A stretch of DNA of 64,000 nucleotides from Seison nebaliae (Eukaryota). The notes beneath the pieces are model-generated. The model was given only the letters and a program-made list of their open reading frames with translations, was not told the origin of the DNA and did not search any database. The first letter of the stretch is position 1, and each line of letters starts with the position of its first letter. This document shows positions 13,501 to 26,100 of this stretch, in pieces. The position numbers and the translations under genes are program-made. The stretch lies in contig JALJEE010002051.1 of NCBI GenBank assembly GCA_023231475.1, forward strand, positions 1-64,000, given 5' to 3'.

Positions 13501-16500
13501 ACGTATTTCATTCTCAGTCGTCGTCCAATCACTTGGCATCGGTGGGAGGTAGAATTGATGAAGAAAGAATGGTGATCAGGTAAGGAACGAGAAATGTGAA
13601 GGAAATTATTAGTGAATGATAGATTCTATTAAAAGATGATTTCTCGTTTGTTTATACGAGTTCCATTACTCTCACAATATCACATGATTCCTTCATGTAA
13701 CATATCAGTCAACTAACAGTTGTACCCGGTATTTGCGTATCGATTATTAATATTTTGTTGACCTTCGGATGTCCATCGTTGATGCAACTGTTGCAGTTTG
13801 GTTCATTTCTTTCACTCAATTCAGTGTTCTGCATTCATACCCAAAAATTTTTTATGTTTTCTCCTTTCACCAAATCGAACACCATTCTCAGGAATGGCCA
13901 AATTGGCAGCTAGATATATCTCTGGAAAGAAGTTTAATGAATAGAAAATGGAATAATAAAACTTCCTAATGGAAGTAACGATGATGTAAAGGAAAAAAAT
14001 GAAATGAATAGGAAGATAATATGAATTGTGTACTATCATTCCCTTCAGAGAAAGTCGGGAGCTCTCACCAGCTTACATGCACCTCACTTACTCCTCCTAC
14101 AAATTCATTTCAACGTCATCGCCAATCTCCCATTGTATATCGATTCATTGTTTTGAATAATATTAGTTTATCTATTTCTTCGTCCTTGATTGCAATCTGG
14201 GCATATGAAAATTCATTACATAATGTTTTAACGACAATCAATTTTTCAATATTACATTACTTATGTTTGCCAATAGACTTCCCTTCGTCTCCGTTACTAT
14301 CAATTCCTCACTCGTTTCGATGTGTTGATGTGTTGTGGAGAGTGCAAGAACGTTGTGAAGGAAAGTTTATTTGGAAAAATAATTGATAAAATTTTCATTA
14401 TTTAATTAACAAATCCATTTCCGTACATTAGCATTGACAGCGACTATAAATCATCATCGACATGTATCATGTGTGTGTGTGGTCGGCCGGACGATATCGA
14501 AGTGAAGGAAAATCGATAATTTCGTTTCTGCTCTATCATGAAACTATGTTCGTTTCTGATTAAATTCTCCTTCTTTATTTTCACGATTTACAGAACTTCA
14601 GCTACATTTAATCGTGGTCATTGTTATGGATGTCGAATATGAACATGTTCGTCAATGTTAAATCGACCATGAATGATGTGGAAACTCAATTGTCGATCAT
14701 TGTGTTACAATTAACGATGTTATTGTTATATATTGATTTATGATCTCTGATAATGGGAAGTTCAAGTACCTGAATGATGGAATGATGAAGAGGAAGAGTG
14801 AGAATGGGAAGATGAATGGGAGAATATCCGTTAAATTTTTCGTTAAAAATTTCAAAGATATTCCTTGGAGCGATAAATTTTAAATTGTTTAGAAAATGTA
14901 GAGAATGCAATATGTCGACATTTTGATTACCGCTACCCTCTTCCAATCATAGAACTTCCTCATTCGTTGATGCTGTTCCATCTTTTATAGAGAAGGAAAA
15001 TTCTCATGACAACTACTACACTATTTCTTCCCAATAACCGCGACGGTAGTTATGGAGAAAATTATGAATGAGCAATATGATACTAAGCCATGATGTAGTT
15101 CATCATTGATGATGATGGGAGGAGGAATAAGTAGAGCAAATAAATTTATGGGGAGATAGAAAGTGGGAAGAGATCCAATTTCGCTCGCATCTTTAACGGC
15201 AATTAAGTAATGTGCAACGAGGAAGATGTATGTTCCTTCATTAGAATTATCGTGAGGAGCTCTCCATTTAGTCAATTAGAAAGCGGCAAATCATATGATG
15301 TATATATCGAGTTGACGGTTCTTTCCTCGAGCACCGAATAATGCCATCATCCAGTCAATTCCATATATAGTGGTTATATGCGACGAATACGTGTACATGT
15401 GATTTAAGAAGTACGTGAATTAGTGTAAATCAAAGAGAGCTGGTACGTTTGCTTTCCTGTAGTCTTGCATCATCGACTGACTGTTCTTCTTTAAGTTGGC
15501 ATGGACAGGAAGACGAATGGAAAGAATAAAAGTGAACGAGACAATAAATGAAAATAAAAGCTAAAGAAATTATCTGATTCTCAAAACATTTTTTCACTAC
15601 AACGAATACTTATATCATTGTTTCTTTAATGATTATTCTTTTTCTCAAACAATGAATCGTAGTTTCTTCTTCGTTTCCGCTGCTTCTGTTTCTCCCATTT
15701 TCTTCTTCTTTTTTATTGTGATAATGACTAAACAGTCTTTTGGTTAATCATTTCCATTCAACGATACTTCATTCGCTCAATATTACATTACACAGACGAA
15801 TGTTCATGCGACATCTATTCATTGTAATCGGTGGAAATGTCCAACAATGAAGAATGTTCCTTCTTCCGGGTCATCTCTTATGTTCCATCTCTGCTTCAAT
15901 CACCACCTGAAAATGTTCTCTTTCATTCAAATTTCAAATTTCTTCCGATTCGAATTAGTTTCACTCTCATTAATCTTCTCGCGTTCGAGGCATCATGTCA
16001 TTTCTCTTTATGTAATTTAATATCGCTAATTGGAAATGAGACGTACAATCTTTTTTCTCAAGTAATGCCCAACGGCACTCAACTACCATATGCAAGAATG
16101 GGAAAGAGATCGTTGTGAAACGTGTTAAAATATCTGATGCGGAATCATTTGAATTACACTTAAACAATTTCTGCACATTCATACCGACATCAACCGAATC
16201 ATTTACATCTCTAGCTATTTCTTGGAACTATTTGGTTCGCATTTACTTCGTCGGAGAGTAGATCATTGAAACATTGAATTTCATTAAATACGAATATTTC
16301 TAGCAATATTTGTAAAACGATTGAATCTTTTTTGCCAATATTTGAATATGAATTCCATATCAAAATTAACGTCAGAGAAGTTGAAATTATTAAATCTGAC
16401 TGAAATGATCTCAAAGAAGTAACTATTCATATATGATTATTATATCATTATGTTATTGGATAATTAATATGTTCAATATTTATCGGATAATGTTTAAAGT

Positions 16501-17679
16501 GTTTAAAAGAATTGTCCAATTAATTAATCAATGACCAACAACAACAAATGATCAGTTATTGCGACAAATATGTTACAACAATCAATTTTATACAAATAAT
16601 GGTGATAAATATTCGATATTATTAATTTTCACTATATTTTTATACGATAACATTATTCAACTTCAGTATTTTTTTTTACTATCGTTTATGTTAATATGAA
16701 ATTTTTCAATCTGAAATTTAGATCATTTCAATTGATTAATGTTATGAAGTTATTTCATCAAGGAAATTGTATTCCAAATATGTTTTTGTTGAGTGATAAA
16801 ACGATAGATGATATCTTCTCTAGATTGTCAAAGAATAGAAAATTGAGCAGTGTCACATTGAAAATTAGAATGAATTCTTCCCCGAAATTTACGAATGAAA
16901 TGAAGATAATCACCGAGCGATATCTTATCCGGGAGTCTTCTGTGCACCCCGGAATCATATATGTATATCAAAGCGCTTATTGTGAAGCTCTCTCATCTTG
17001 GAAGGAGTAACTGATGAGAATTAATATAAAATTTTGGAAACTATTTCCCTAAGAGGAAATGAGATTGAGAAACTGTAGATTTCGGGTAAAATTTAATAAT
17101 TTTAAATTTTGAACGGAATGGTAGTAGGAGATATGATAATGGGGAAGATCGCATTGAGAGGAATGGAGGAGAATTAATAGAAATTGATGTAATGATGTTA
17201 ATGGATGAGTAGAACGGCTTTTTTGTATTTGACACTGATTTAAAGAAATTATATCCTCACCGCAAGCACATTAATTATTACGGTATTACTATTGCTTTTT
17301 TATCAGAAATTTTTTTGACGATCATTCGGCATGTGGCGGAAGTGCATGCTTCGTAAAATATATTTTTTCTCCATTATTCTCATTGCATTGAAATCAACAC
17401 AGGTGAAGATTTTTTTCCTCAACATAAATTCTATGATTCTCTACTTTTATATTCGATTCACATTCGATGCACACTCGTTCCTAAACCATTCCATTTCTAT
17501 CAACTCCATCAATCCAGATACATGCCAATCCCTCTCTCATTCCTTTTCAATATTTATTTATTCCATCAATATCATTCCATACGAACCACTGTCATATCTC
17601 CTCATTGCACAAACCATATCTTCTTCCCAATATCTTGTTTTCTTCTCATCTAATACTATTGTCACAACCACCCACAAAG

Positions 17680-17742
17680 TACTACTACTACTGTTACTAC
17701 TACTACTACTATGATTATTATTACTATTATTACTATTACTAT
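17680..17742. repeat. Compound (TAC)n/(TAT)n microsatellite
   Basis: Runs of tactactac... and tattattac... Confidence 0.85.
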
Positions 17743-18943
17743 TTATTTTTCGTTTGTTAATAGAAAAAGGAAAATTTTCCTTAATTTCAAATTTTATTTT
17801 CAATTTTCCTCTTTTTTTCAATAGCACACATTCACAAAGTAGAACGACATTGTTATTACTTCAATAATAAGTTCTACTTGCATCTTATTTTGGTGTGCTA
17901 TTCGTTCAATCTTAAAATTATCTTTCAAATTGGAACAAATCGCAATCGGAAGCCACGTATCATTCGACTTCTCTAGTCATCTCTTCCATTTCGACTCTTT
18001 CAAATTGAAGGAGAATTTCCACAATTATCATAATTGTTTGGTTCAGTAATTTGGGAGGATCGCTCATTCTCATTCTCACAAATCAATAGAAGCGATCGAC
18101 AGAAATTCTAGTTAGTTCTTTACATCATCCTTACTATTTTCCTAACGATTCACAACATAAAATCAATTTCATTCTGACACTTCGTTTCATAGTCCGATTA
18201 TAGAAGATGGAAGGAAACTGATGGAGTTGTTCTACCGTCAAAATTTATTTAACGATCCTTTGATTGTTGATAGACCAGTAGGATACTCGACTATACCGAT
18301 CCACCTTTCTTTCTATAACATCCTCCTAATTAAATTACAATGTTTCTTCCTCAGTGTTGCGTGGACGGAACATATCGTGTTGCATGGGAGATATTATCAT
18401 TTCCCAATAAGATGATTCCATCTATGTAGAAATAAGTGTGTTAGATGACGTAATAAGGAGGAATAGTCAAATTATACGTATGAGAGTTAGGTAAACGACT
18501 TCCTCCTATCGAGAATGAATGAAGACGTCGATGACGACGATTTCTATCGTTCGATCGATTGATTCTCTCCTCTCAATTTCCATTCCTCTCAATCATTTCA
18601 TTTAATAAATTTATTCTGTTAAAAGAGTTTTCTCCTCAACATGTTTAATATAACCATTCCCATTCCATTCTATTATATTCTATTATATTATATTTTTCCT
18701 ACCACTTTCTTCACACCTCATCAACATCTAATTGTCACTTCTTATCTTCTTATCGTGAATTGTATCTGCAAATTTATTAAACATTATGCACAATGATATA
18801 TCGAATAGACTAGTTCATTTTTAATAATTATTGTGTTAATTTTTTAACAAATTCTTTTCTTATCCAAATTGTCCATATCCATTTCATTTAACTGAAAGAA
18901 CTCCAAGTCTAAAAGTAATAAAGTAAGTTTTCGGAGAATAAGA

Positions 18944-19141
18944 CCCTAATGTGAGTATAACTCAAATTTAACTATTTTTTTTATAAAAAAAATGAGTCTA
19001 TAAGATTTAGTCGATATGGACTCAAAAGTAAGTTAGAAAGAATAAAATTGATAAAGTATTTTGTTAGTTTTGAGTCAACATCGATTAAATCTTATAGACT
19101 CATTTATTCTATAAAAAAAATGAGTTATACTCACACTAGGG
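18944..19141. mobile_element. Foldback/palindromic MITE-like element, about 198 bp
   Basis: Ends CCCTAATGTGAGTATAACTCA and TGAGTTATACTCACACTAGGG are inverted repeats (1 mismatch). Inner arms AATGAGTCTATAAGATTTAGTCGAT and ATCGATTAAATCTTATAGACTCATT are also inverted. Flanked by GA on both sides (possible 2-bp TSD). Confidence 0.75.
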
Positions 19142-22100
19142 GATGTTCTACAATCATGACGAAATTACGTACATTATTCATTCAAATAATTGTTTATTTA
19201 AAATGTTTTATTAATGTTATTTTTATTTAATATATCATTTTTTCAAAGAAATGTTCGTATATTGAAGTGTTCAAATTCGAAAATGGACGTTCGAATTTCC
19301 GAAAATTCCCCAAATTCCCAATTCTTCCAAAGAGAATGTACAGTACGCAATTGTTGTTCGACCATGTTTTAATGATTTCAATTAGAGAATGATAAGTTCA
19401 ATGATGGAATTGGAATGAAATGAAAGAATGAATGATGATGAATGTGTAATTGATGAATTAATAATTAAAAATTATAATCGAACAATCATAAGAATCAGTC
19501 AATCATCAAATTGAGTACATAATGTGTCATGCACATAACGTGCATCAATGTTTGATGAAGCAATAAATAATTCAAAGTCGTTTCGATTATAGTCAGTTCA
19601 TTTTCAGATTAACTATTGTTCTATCTAACCAATTCGTCTGTGTTGGAATTAGTTTGAAGATTGTTTGTTGTTGGAACCGAAAATGACGTTTATTAAGAGA
19701 AAGGTGATAAGAGAAAGTATTTAAAAGTTGGTTGAGATGGTGTTGAGATTGAGAGTAATGTATTATTGTTTGATGAAGAGGATTTTATTGACTAAATGAA
19801 ACGGAACAAAGAAGGAATTTCAATGGAATTTCAATAGTTATTCCGTCTAATAAGTGAATTGATTTGAGTGTGACGTATATTTATTAATCGTAATAGTACA
19901 AGGACGATCAATTGAAAATGTTTATTCTTTATATATATCGCACAATGCTCCCCTTCTCCAAAATCAAACAGAAGTTACAATTTGAGGAGGGAATGGATTT
20001 CTTCCCAAGAGTATTATTCACATCTGCTTGCACCAGCAGTTGTTCCGCGAGAAACAAAAAGAGATTCATATTATTTATAGATGAAGATAATGTAATCGAT
20101 CGATGTCGTGAGAGGAGGACTCCCACGAACAATCGAAAAGTTATAATTCTATCGAGTAAGGATCATATCACAATCGACTGATAAGAAGAATAAAAGTGAG
20201 AAAGAAAAGAATGGGAGAAGAGAGTGTACATTTGAGGGCTATTAAGGAATGGATAGGAGATGGCTTTTTCGGGAGGTATCCATGATGGATGGAAGGAAGG
20301 AAGGAAGGTGGAATAGATTCAAGTCGATGAGACGTGATGAGCAAAATGCATTTTCCCTTGCGCATTAATTTAGTGTGAGTTAAATTAGGAATATCTCCCA
20401 AATGGCTTTTGAAGAAGGGAATATTCGTTTCTTCTCCATAACTAAACAATTGTCCAAAAGAGCTGATAAATATGCAGTAAGAAAAATGTTCGATTTAAAA
20501 AAAAAGAATTTTAGTTGCTAACATGAAGTACTTGAACTCTCATTCCCATTCAACTTTCATTTTGGGAAATGATTTGTAATGAAGAATATTGTACAAATAT
20601 TCATTCTCTCATTCGACTCATTGTCGATGTTGTAAAATGGTCGATGCATATTATGTTACTTATATTTGCAAACAAAATCGAAGTGAATGTGTAAGACCTG
20701 GAGAATTGGTACGCATTCAACTACCTCTTCCTTTTTCTTTCTTCCAAATTATTTCATCCTCTCGTTATACAAACTTCTAATTCGTTCGATTTATTCTTCC
20801 ATCATTCTCAACGGTGATGAGTCATCATCATCATTCTACTCGCATCTTGCCTTGTATGTATAACGTCCACACATCGCAATGATTGAGCAACTGGAAGTAA
20901 GATGAATTGATAAGAATGTGAGATAAGAGAAGTTAAGTGAATGAATAATGGACGAATTGAATCGGTACATATATTTATGCATATTATACGTGTGTGTCTG
21001 TGTGTGTGCGTGTTTGTGTTTTTGTGTGAAGTGTTCGTGTGTGTGAGTGGCAATGTGAGAGTATGTGCAGAAAAGAAGAAAATGTAAATTTTGGGGAATC
21101 CTTATCATTTCCCATATTGGACGGTGAATCGTTCCGGCATTGAGGATGAGGTGAAAATAATGAGCATGTTGATGTTGATGATGTTGTTCATAGGTCTGAT
21201 CGGGAGCTGAAGCATTGGTACGCTCGACCTTCTCCCTCAACTTTTGGCAATTGATGCATAATGAGATGAATAGTGAGAATAATGAGAGAATAAGTAAGTG
21301 AATGAGAGAGAAAGATAAAGGATTCTTCAAACAAAATAATTAGGAGAAATTTTCTTCTACTTTATTTCCCAATCATTTCTTCCAAACTCTCCTTCCTATG
21401 TTCTCGTTGCCATAACAACGACGATCTCACAACAGTTGTTGCTACGACAATCCATCTTCTTCTTTCTCTCCTGCCTTCTCTCTATTTCTTCATTCTCTTC
21501 TGACATCATGACAACGTAATGAACGATCTTTTCACAACTATAGCCGAGTGAGTCAGAATGGAGGAGGTATCGTCCGGTTCATCTATCGCGTTAGGAAAAG
21601 CCAAACCGATGAATGAGAAGAACATACAGATTAATAAAATGAGATGGAAGAACGTGTCAAAATGATTGTTTATCCATTCTCCTCCACTCTTTTCTTCTTT
21701 TCTTACAATTCTTTTAATTTACGTCTAATATAAATCTATCTAATTAATCACATTCTCTATCATCCGACATCTGTTTCGGATGCGGAAGAATAATCTTCAG
21801 ATCCCCAAAAGAAGTCGAAGAACAATTACAATATAATTCAGATTTACGAATTCTTCTTCTCTGGTTCTTTTCCCGTTCATTCGACTGAATCATCAATGAA
21901 TCATATTTCTCGTTCTCAAATGTTTATCGTTCTTTTTTAAACATCCAAATTTATGTTGATGAATTATGATTACTGACAAATTAATTCTTTTTTCTTTCCG
22001 ATTCATTCTTCAATTTTCCTCTTATTATTATTGCGTGAGATTGTGAAGTTCGGAATTAAAATGTATTGTGTTCATGAACTGGATCATTTACGACACCCTT

Positions 22101-23146
22101 GTCCCAAGGTGTGGATGCTGAGGAGATTTTCCCGGAAATTTTATTTAGAAAATTAAAAATTTTTTGAATTCTCCGAAACATTTAATATTACTTTTTCAGC
22201 GGTGAATTATGTGTAACTTCTATCGAGAAATAGAGAGTTGAGAATTGAACGAATTTTTAAAAAATAGGAAATTATTATAATCGAATTAAATTTCCTTTCT
22301 GAAACGAGAGACGATGTGGAGATAATTATGTAAGAAGTTTAACTACATTATTTACCCAATATTATTCGATGAATAATTTCCATGAAATTTCTAAATCATT
22401 TTAACAAACAAATTTTCTAATATTTGACATTTCTTTAATTCTTCTTTTCTCATCATAACAGTTCACCACTCAACATTTCCAATTAGCTGGTGGATGGTCG
22501 AATATATTTAATTTACTACCAGTCGATTGAAATCAGTGAAATCGGTTGCTGCTGGTCCAAATTTTGATTTACTTCTCAAATCGATTATCCCATTTACCAA
22601 TTTCTACATTGCCTTATCAAAAAGAACAACAACACTAACAATAACAAACCAAATTGAAAACAAAAATAACTTAAAGAATCTATCGGATCTTTATCGCCAA
22701 TTCAGCTGCTTTCTTTCAATTATTAAATTTCCTTTTTAGATAAAAAAAAAACTTCCCTCAAAGAAGGCACTAAACAAATTCTGCATCAAAACATATCTCG
22801 CTGTAATTTTGGTGGAAATTGAAGAAAGAAGTATTAGAACGAAAATTAATTTCTTTTCACATAATTCATCGACAAAAAAAATATTAATTGACGAAGATAG
22901 AAGAGTGAAAGAGACAAATATACAATTCCAAACACAATAAGAATTAAAAGATATATTCGAAATATCATAAATAGTTGTGAAGACAACAATCAAATAAAGA
23001 ATATAAAGAAATATTGAAAACAGGAATTATTTATAGAGGACTATTCAAATTAAAGTGATAAAGTCATCATTGGAACACATTAACATTTGACAATAACAAC
23101 CGACGGTAACCAAAAGAAGATATATCAGAACTAATAATAATTTTAT

Positions 23147-23168
23147 ACAACAACAACAACAACAACAA
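23147..23168. repeat. (CAA)n microsatellite
   Basis: caacaacaacaac... just upstream of the putative first exon of the MATH-BTB gene. Confidence 0.8.
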
Positions 23169-23182
23169 ACATCAACATTATC

Positions 23183-26100
23183 ATGAATGGTAAGTAAGTT
23201 ACAACTTTTACCCGTTTTATTTGTCGACTTTCTTTTTATTTGAAAACATAAAACTCTGGTGATCGTAGAGTAGCATTAGTAGGGAAGTGTCGTTATTCCG
23301 TTTATTGTACTTGCGATTCTTTTTCTCTTCAACTCATTATCATTAATTATTCATCATCATGATTGGATTATTATTAGATTATTATTATTATTAAGTAGAA
23401 AGTGCATTTGATGAAATAAATCTGATTCACCTGCAGATGATTAATGTCAAATTTTAGAATGGATAGGACCATCAGCTCATGAGGAAGAAGTAAATCGAAA
23501 AACGAGATGAATCATCGGCGATGATTAAGAGAGGAGGAGAAGAAGGAGAAACATCTCTAAGATTAAATTTGTGGCAGATCATCATCAGAGTATCTCCAAT
23601 GTAGATCATCAATCATTCCTCTCCTTTAAGAAGACTTAGTTTATCACGATTTACAAGGCTACATCCAATCGAACATTGGAAGAAGTGTGAGAAAATTCAT
23701 TGATTTCAATAAAAATCATTCTTGTGCAACGTTCTATAAAGGGAAATATGTAAATTAGAAAAAAAACTGTACATGCTCCCCATCATCGGATTGGAACGGA
23801 GCCAGAATTTTTTTTGCAACATTACATAAGTATTTCCCATCCAATTATTCATTTATTGGAATCTTATGTAAACAATCGATTGAACTGGAGAAGGACATCA
23901 AAGTCATTTTCACAACATTTACGCTTTCTAACTTTTACAAAAACAAATTTGTTATAAATTAGAACTTTTAATTTGACTCAAACCGTTCGATCGAGAGGAA
24001 AAAAGATTTTTTCCTCCTTCCTCTCCCCATTACCAATTGGGAGCGATGTAATCGAACAGATTATCTCAGAAACATAAATCGATCAATCTCATCGTTAATC
24101 AGAAGTTCCCTGACTTTCTATCTTCTTTCATGTTCGTTTGAAAATGAGAAAGTTTTATGGGCGTCATCGAAACCCATTTGAGAATCATTGTCCTCCCTCC
24201 CCATATACAGGTTGTTGGTTTTAGTTGTAAAATACGTAATGATACGGTGAATATGGAGGATGGTCGAAGTTATAAGTAAACTTCGACAACTTGAAATTTA
24301 TTTACTTTCCTTACGAAGACCATGTCATACATTATCTTCTACTTATCAATTTCTGGAAATTTACATTTCTCATATTACATTAGATATCATAGACGATATT
24401 GAATAAATGAGTATGAAGTTGCTACAATGATTTTATAAAGAAAATTTGGAAAAAAAGGAATGAAAATCATCTTCCAGGCAAACAACCACTTCTGCTCCAT
24501 AAAACTCTGAGGACGGTCGAACAAAATTTAAGAACAAAAAAATTAAGTTTCGGTTCGAATTGTCGCCGACCGACGTTGTATTTAGTCAGATCATATTGGC
24601 GGAGGACGTTCAGTGACTGAATCAGAAGTTTGTTCTTGATGGGGAATAAGAATATCGATGAGAATGGATTATGAAGATGGATGAATTAAAAGAAATATAA
24701 TGGGAAGAAATGATAATGTGGAGATAAATTAATGTACGAATTATATCATATTCGCTTTAGACACTCCATTCTCACAGTAGTAAAGAAAGATATGTTCTCC
24801 CCTCCAATGTTTATTTGTACGTTTAGATGCGTGTATATAAAAGTGTGTGTGTGTGTGCGTATAGAGCGCTTAATATATCCTTGAAATGGCCACCCGTACT
24901 CGATCAACCGGTCATTAATTCCTAATGCATAATTTCACCTTGCTACTTCGTTTTCCGTATAACTATTGAGACTTGGCATAAGAAAAATTTACAATTTCGT
25001 CTCATATAAATCATAAGAGAAGAATAAAATGTAAATAAAATAGAAAGGGCGACAGTCGACCTCTAAACGTCCATCACATCACCATATCATCACAAATCTC
25101 ATTCGACTCTTCAAACAGGAAGAGACTGTTGACTACTTTTTCCTCTATTTGGGCATTGGTCGTCGAATGAGAAAGTCCCTTACACATCATCCAGCAGCAG
25201 ATCATCAATCTCTCGTCTAACAGTTCCAGATTGGTAATGATTTCTGCCGACCAACTTTCCTTCAAATTCCTCCATTCAACTTCCCATTGAACTTTTTCCT
25301 TCTTCCATTTCTTCTCTCCATCTTAACTCCAACCGAATCGTTCTCTGCATTATCATCGTTTGTAATCAATGTTCCTATTCATAATTCGTCCAATGACTTC
25401 CCCGAATAGTCGTATGTGTGAACCATGGATCAATAATTATCGATCATGTAACATTCATCTTCTGATGAATATGCGAGCAATAGAAATTTGTACTTTATTT
25501 TATTGAATTTTTTCCTCATTTCACGAACTGATGATGATGAGGAGGAGGGAAAGGGGGAAGAAACCGTTGTGTGTTGATGTGTGGGTAGAGACATGTATGG
25601 GTTGCAAGGTGTATTGGTTCTCCGACTTAATATATCGATGTAGACATAGATCGTGTTTGTCTATTTTGGAAATCATATTTTTCATTTCCATCTACTCAAC
25701 GAAGCATAATTGAATGTTCATTCGATTGCTTACGAGGGAACATGTATGTTCGACCAACGGAAAATATATCCTATTTGACGAACATTAGAATTATGTTTTC
25801 CTTTCGAATTATTTCGACGCGATTGGAAGACGAGAATAAACTGTAAAATAAAACGAATAAACATTCTATGAATATTAGATGGCATCAGTCCACATTACAT
25901 ATCGTTTCGTCGTCTATCTTAATCGGTGACCATTGTGCTCGTTCGCCCAATTCCTCGACTTTCCTTCTCAACGAAATGGGTGGAATGTGACTGCGTCATA
26001 ATCGAGTATGAAAGGAGATCGATTGAATTTTTATTATCAGCATGCAGCTGATATAATGTTGCGATTCATTTAATTAGAGGGTGCACATAATAATAATGCC

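Noticed and set aside
15652..17010. Possible orphan gene (hydrophobic start at 15652; ORFs 15831-16118 and 16696-17010)
   Set aside because: The obvious first splice leads to a stop, and no homology is recognisable.
17331..17827. ORFs with poly-Leu or poly-Ser/Asn
   Set aside because: Produced by the (TAC)n/(TAT)n repeat.
20808..21330. 164-aa and 81-aa minus-strand ORFs
   Set aside because: Non-ATG starts, and their 3' parts are translations of a (TG)n microsatellite.
22484..22525. Hairpin with agctggtgg resembling a miR-133 arm
   Set aside because: The mature miR-133 sequence (TTGGTCCCC...) is absent and pairing is weak.
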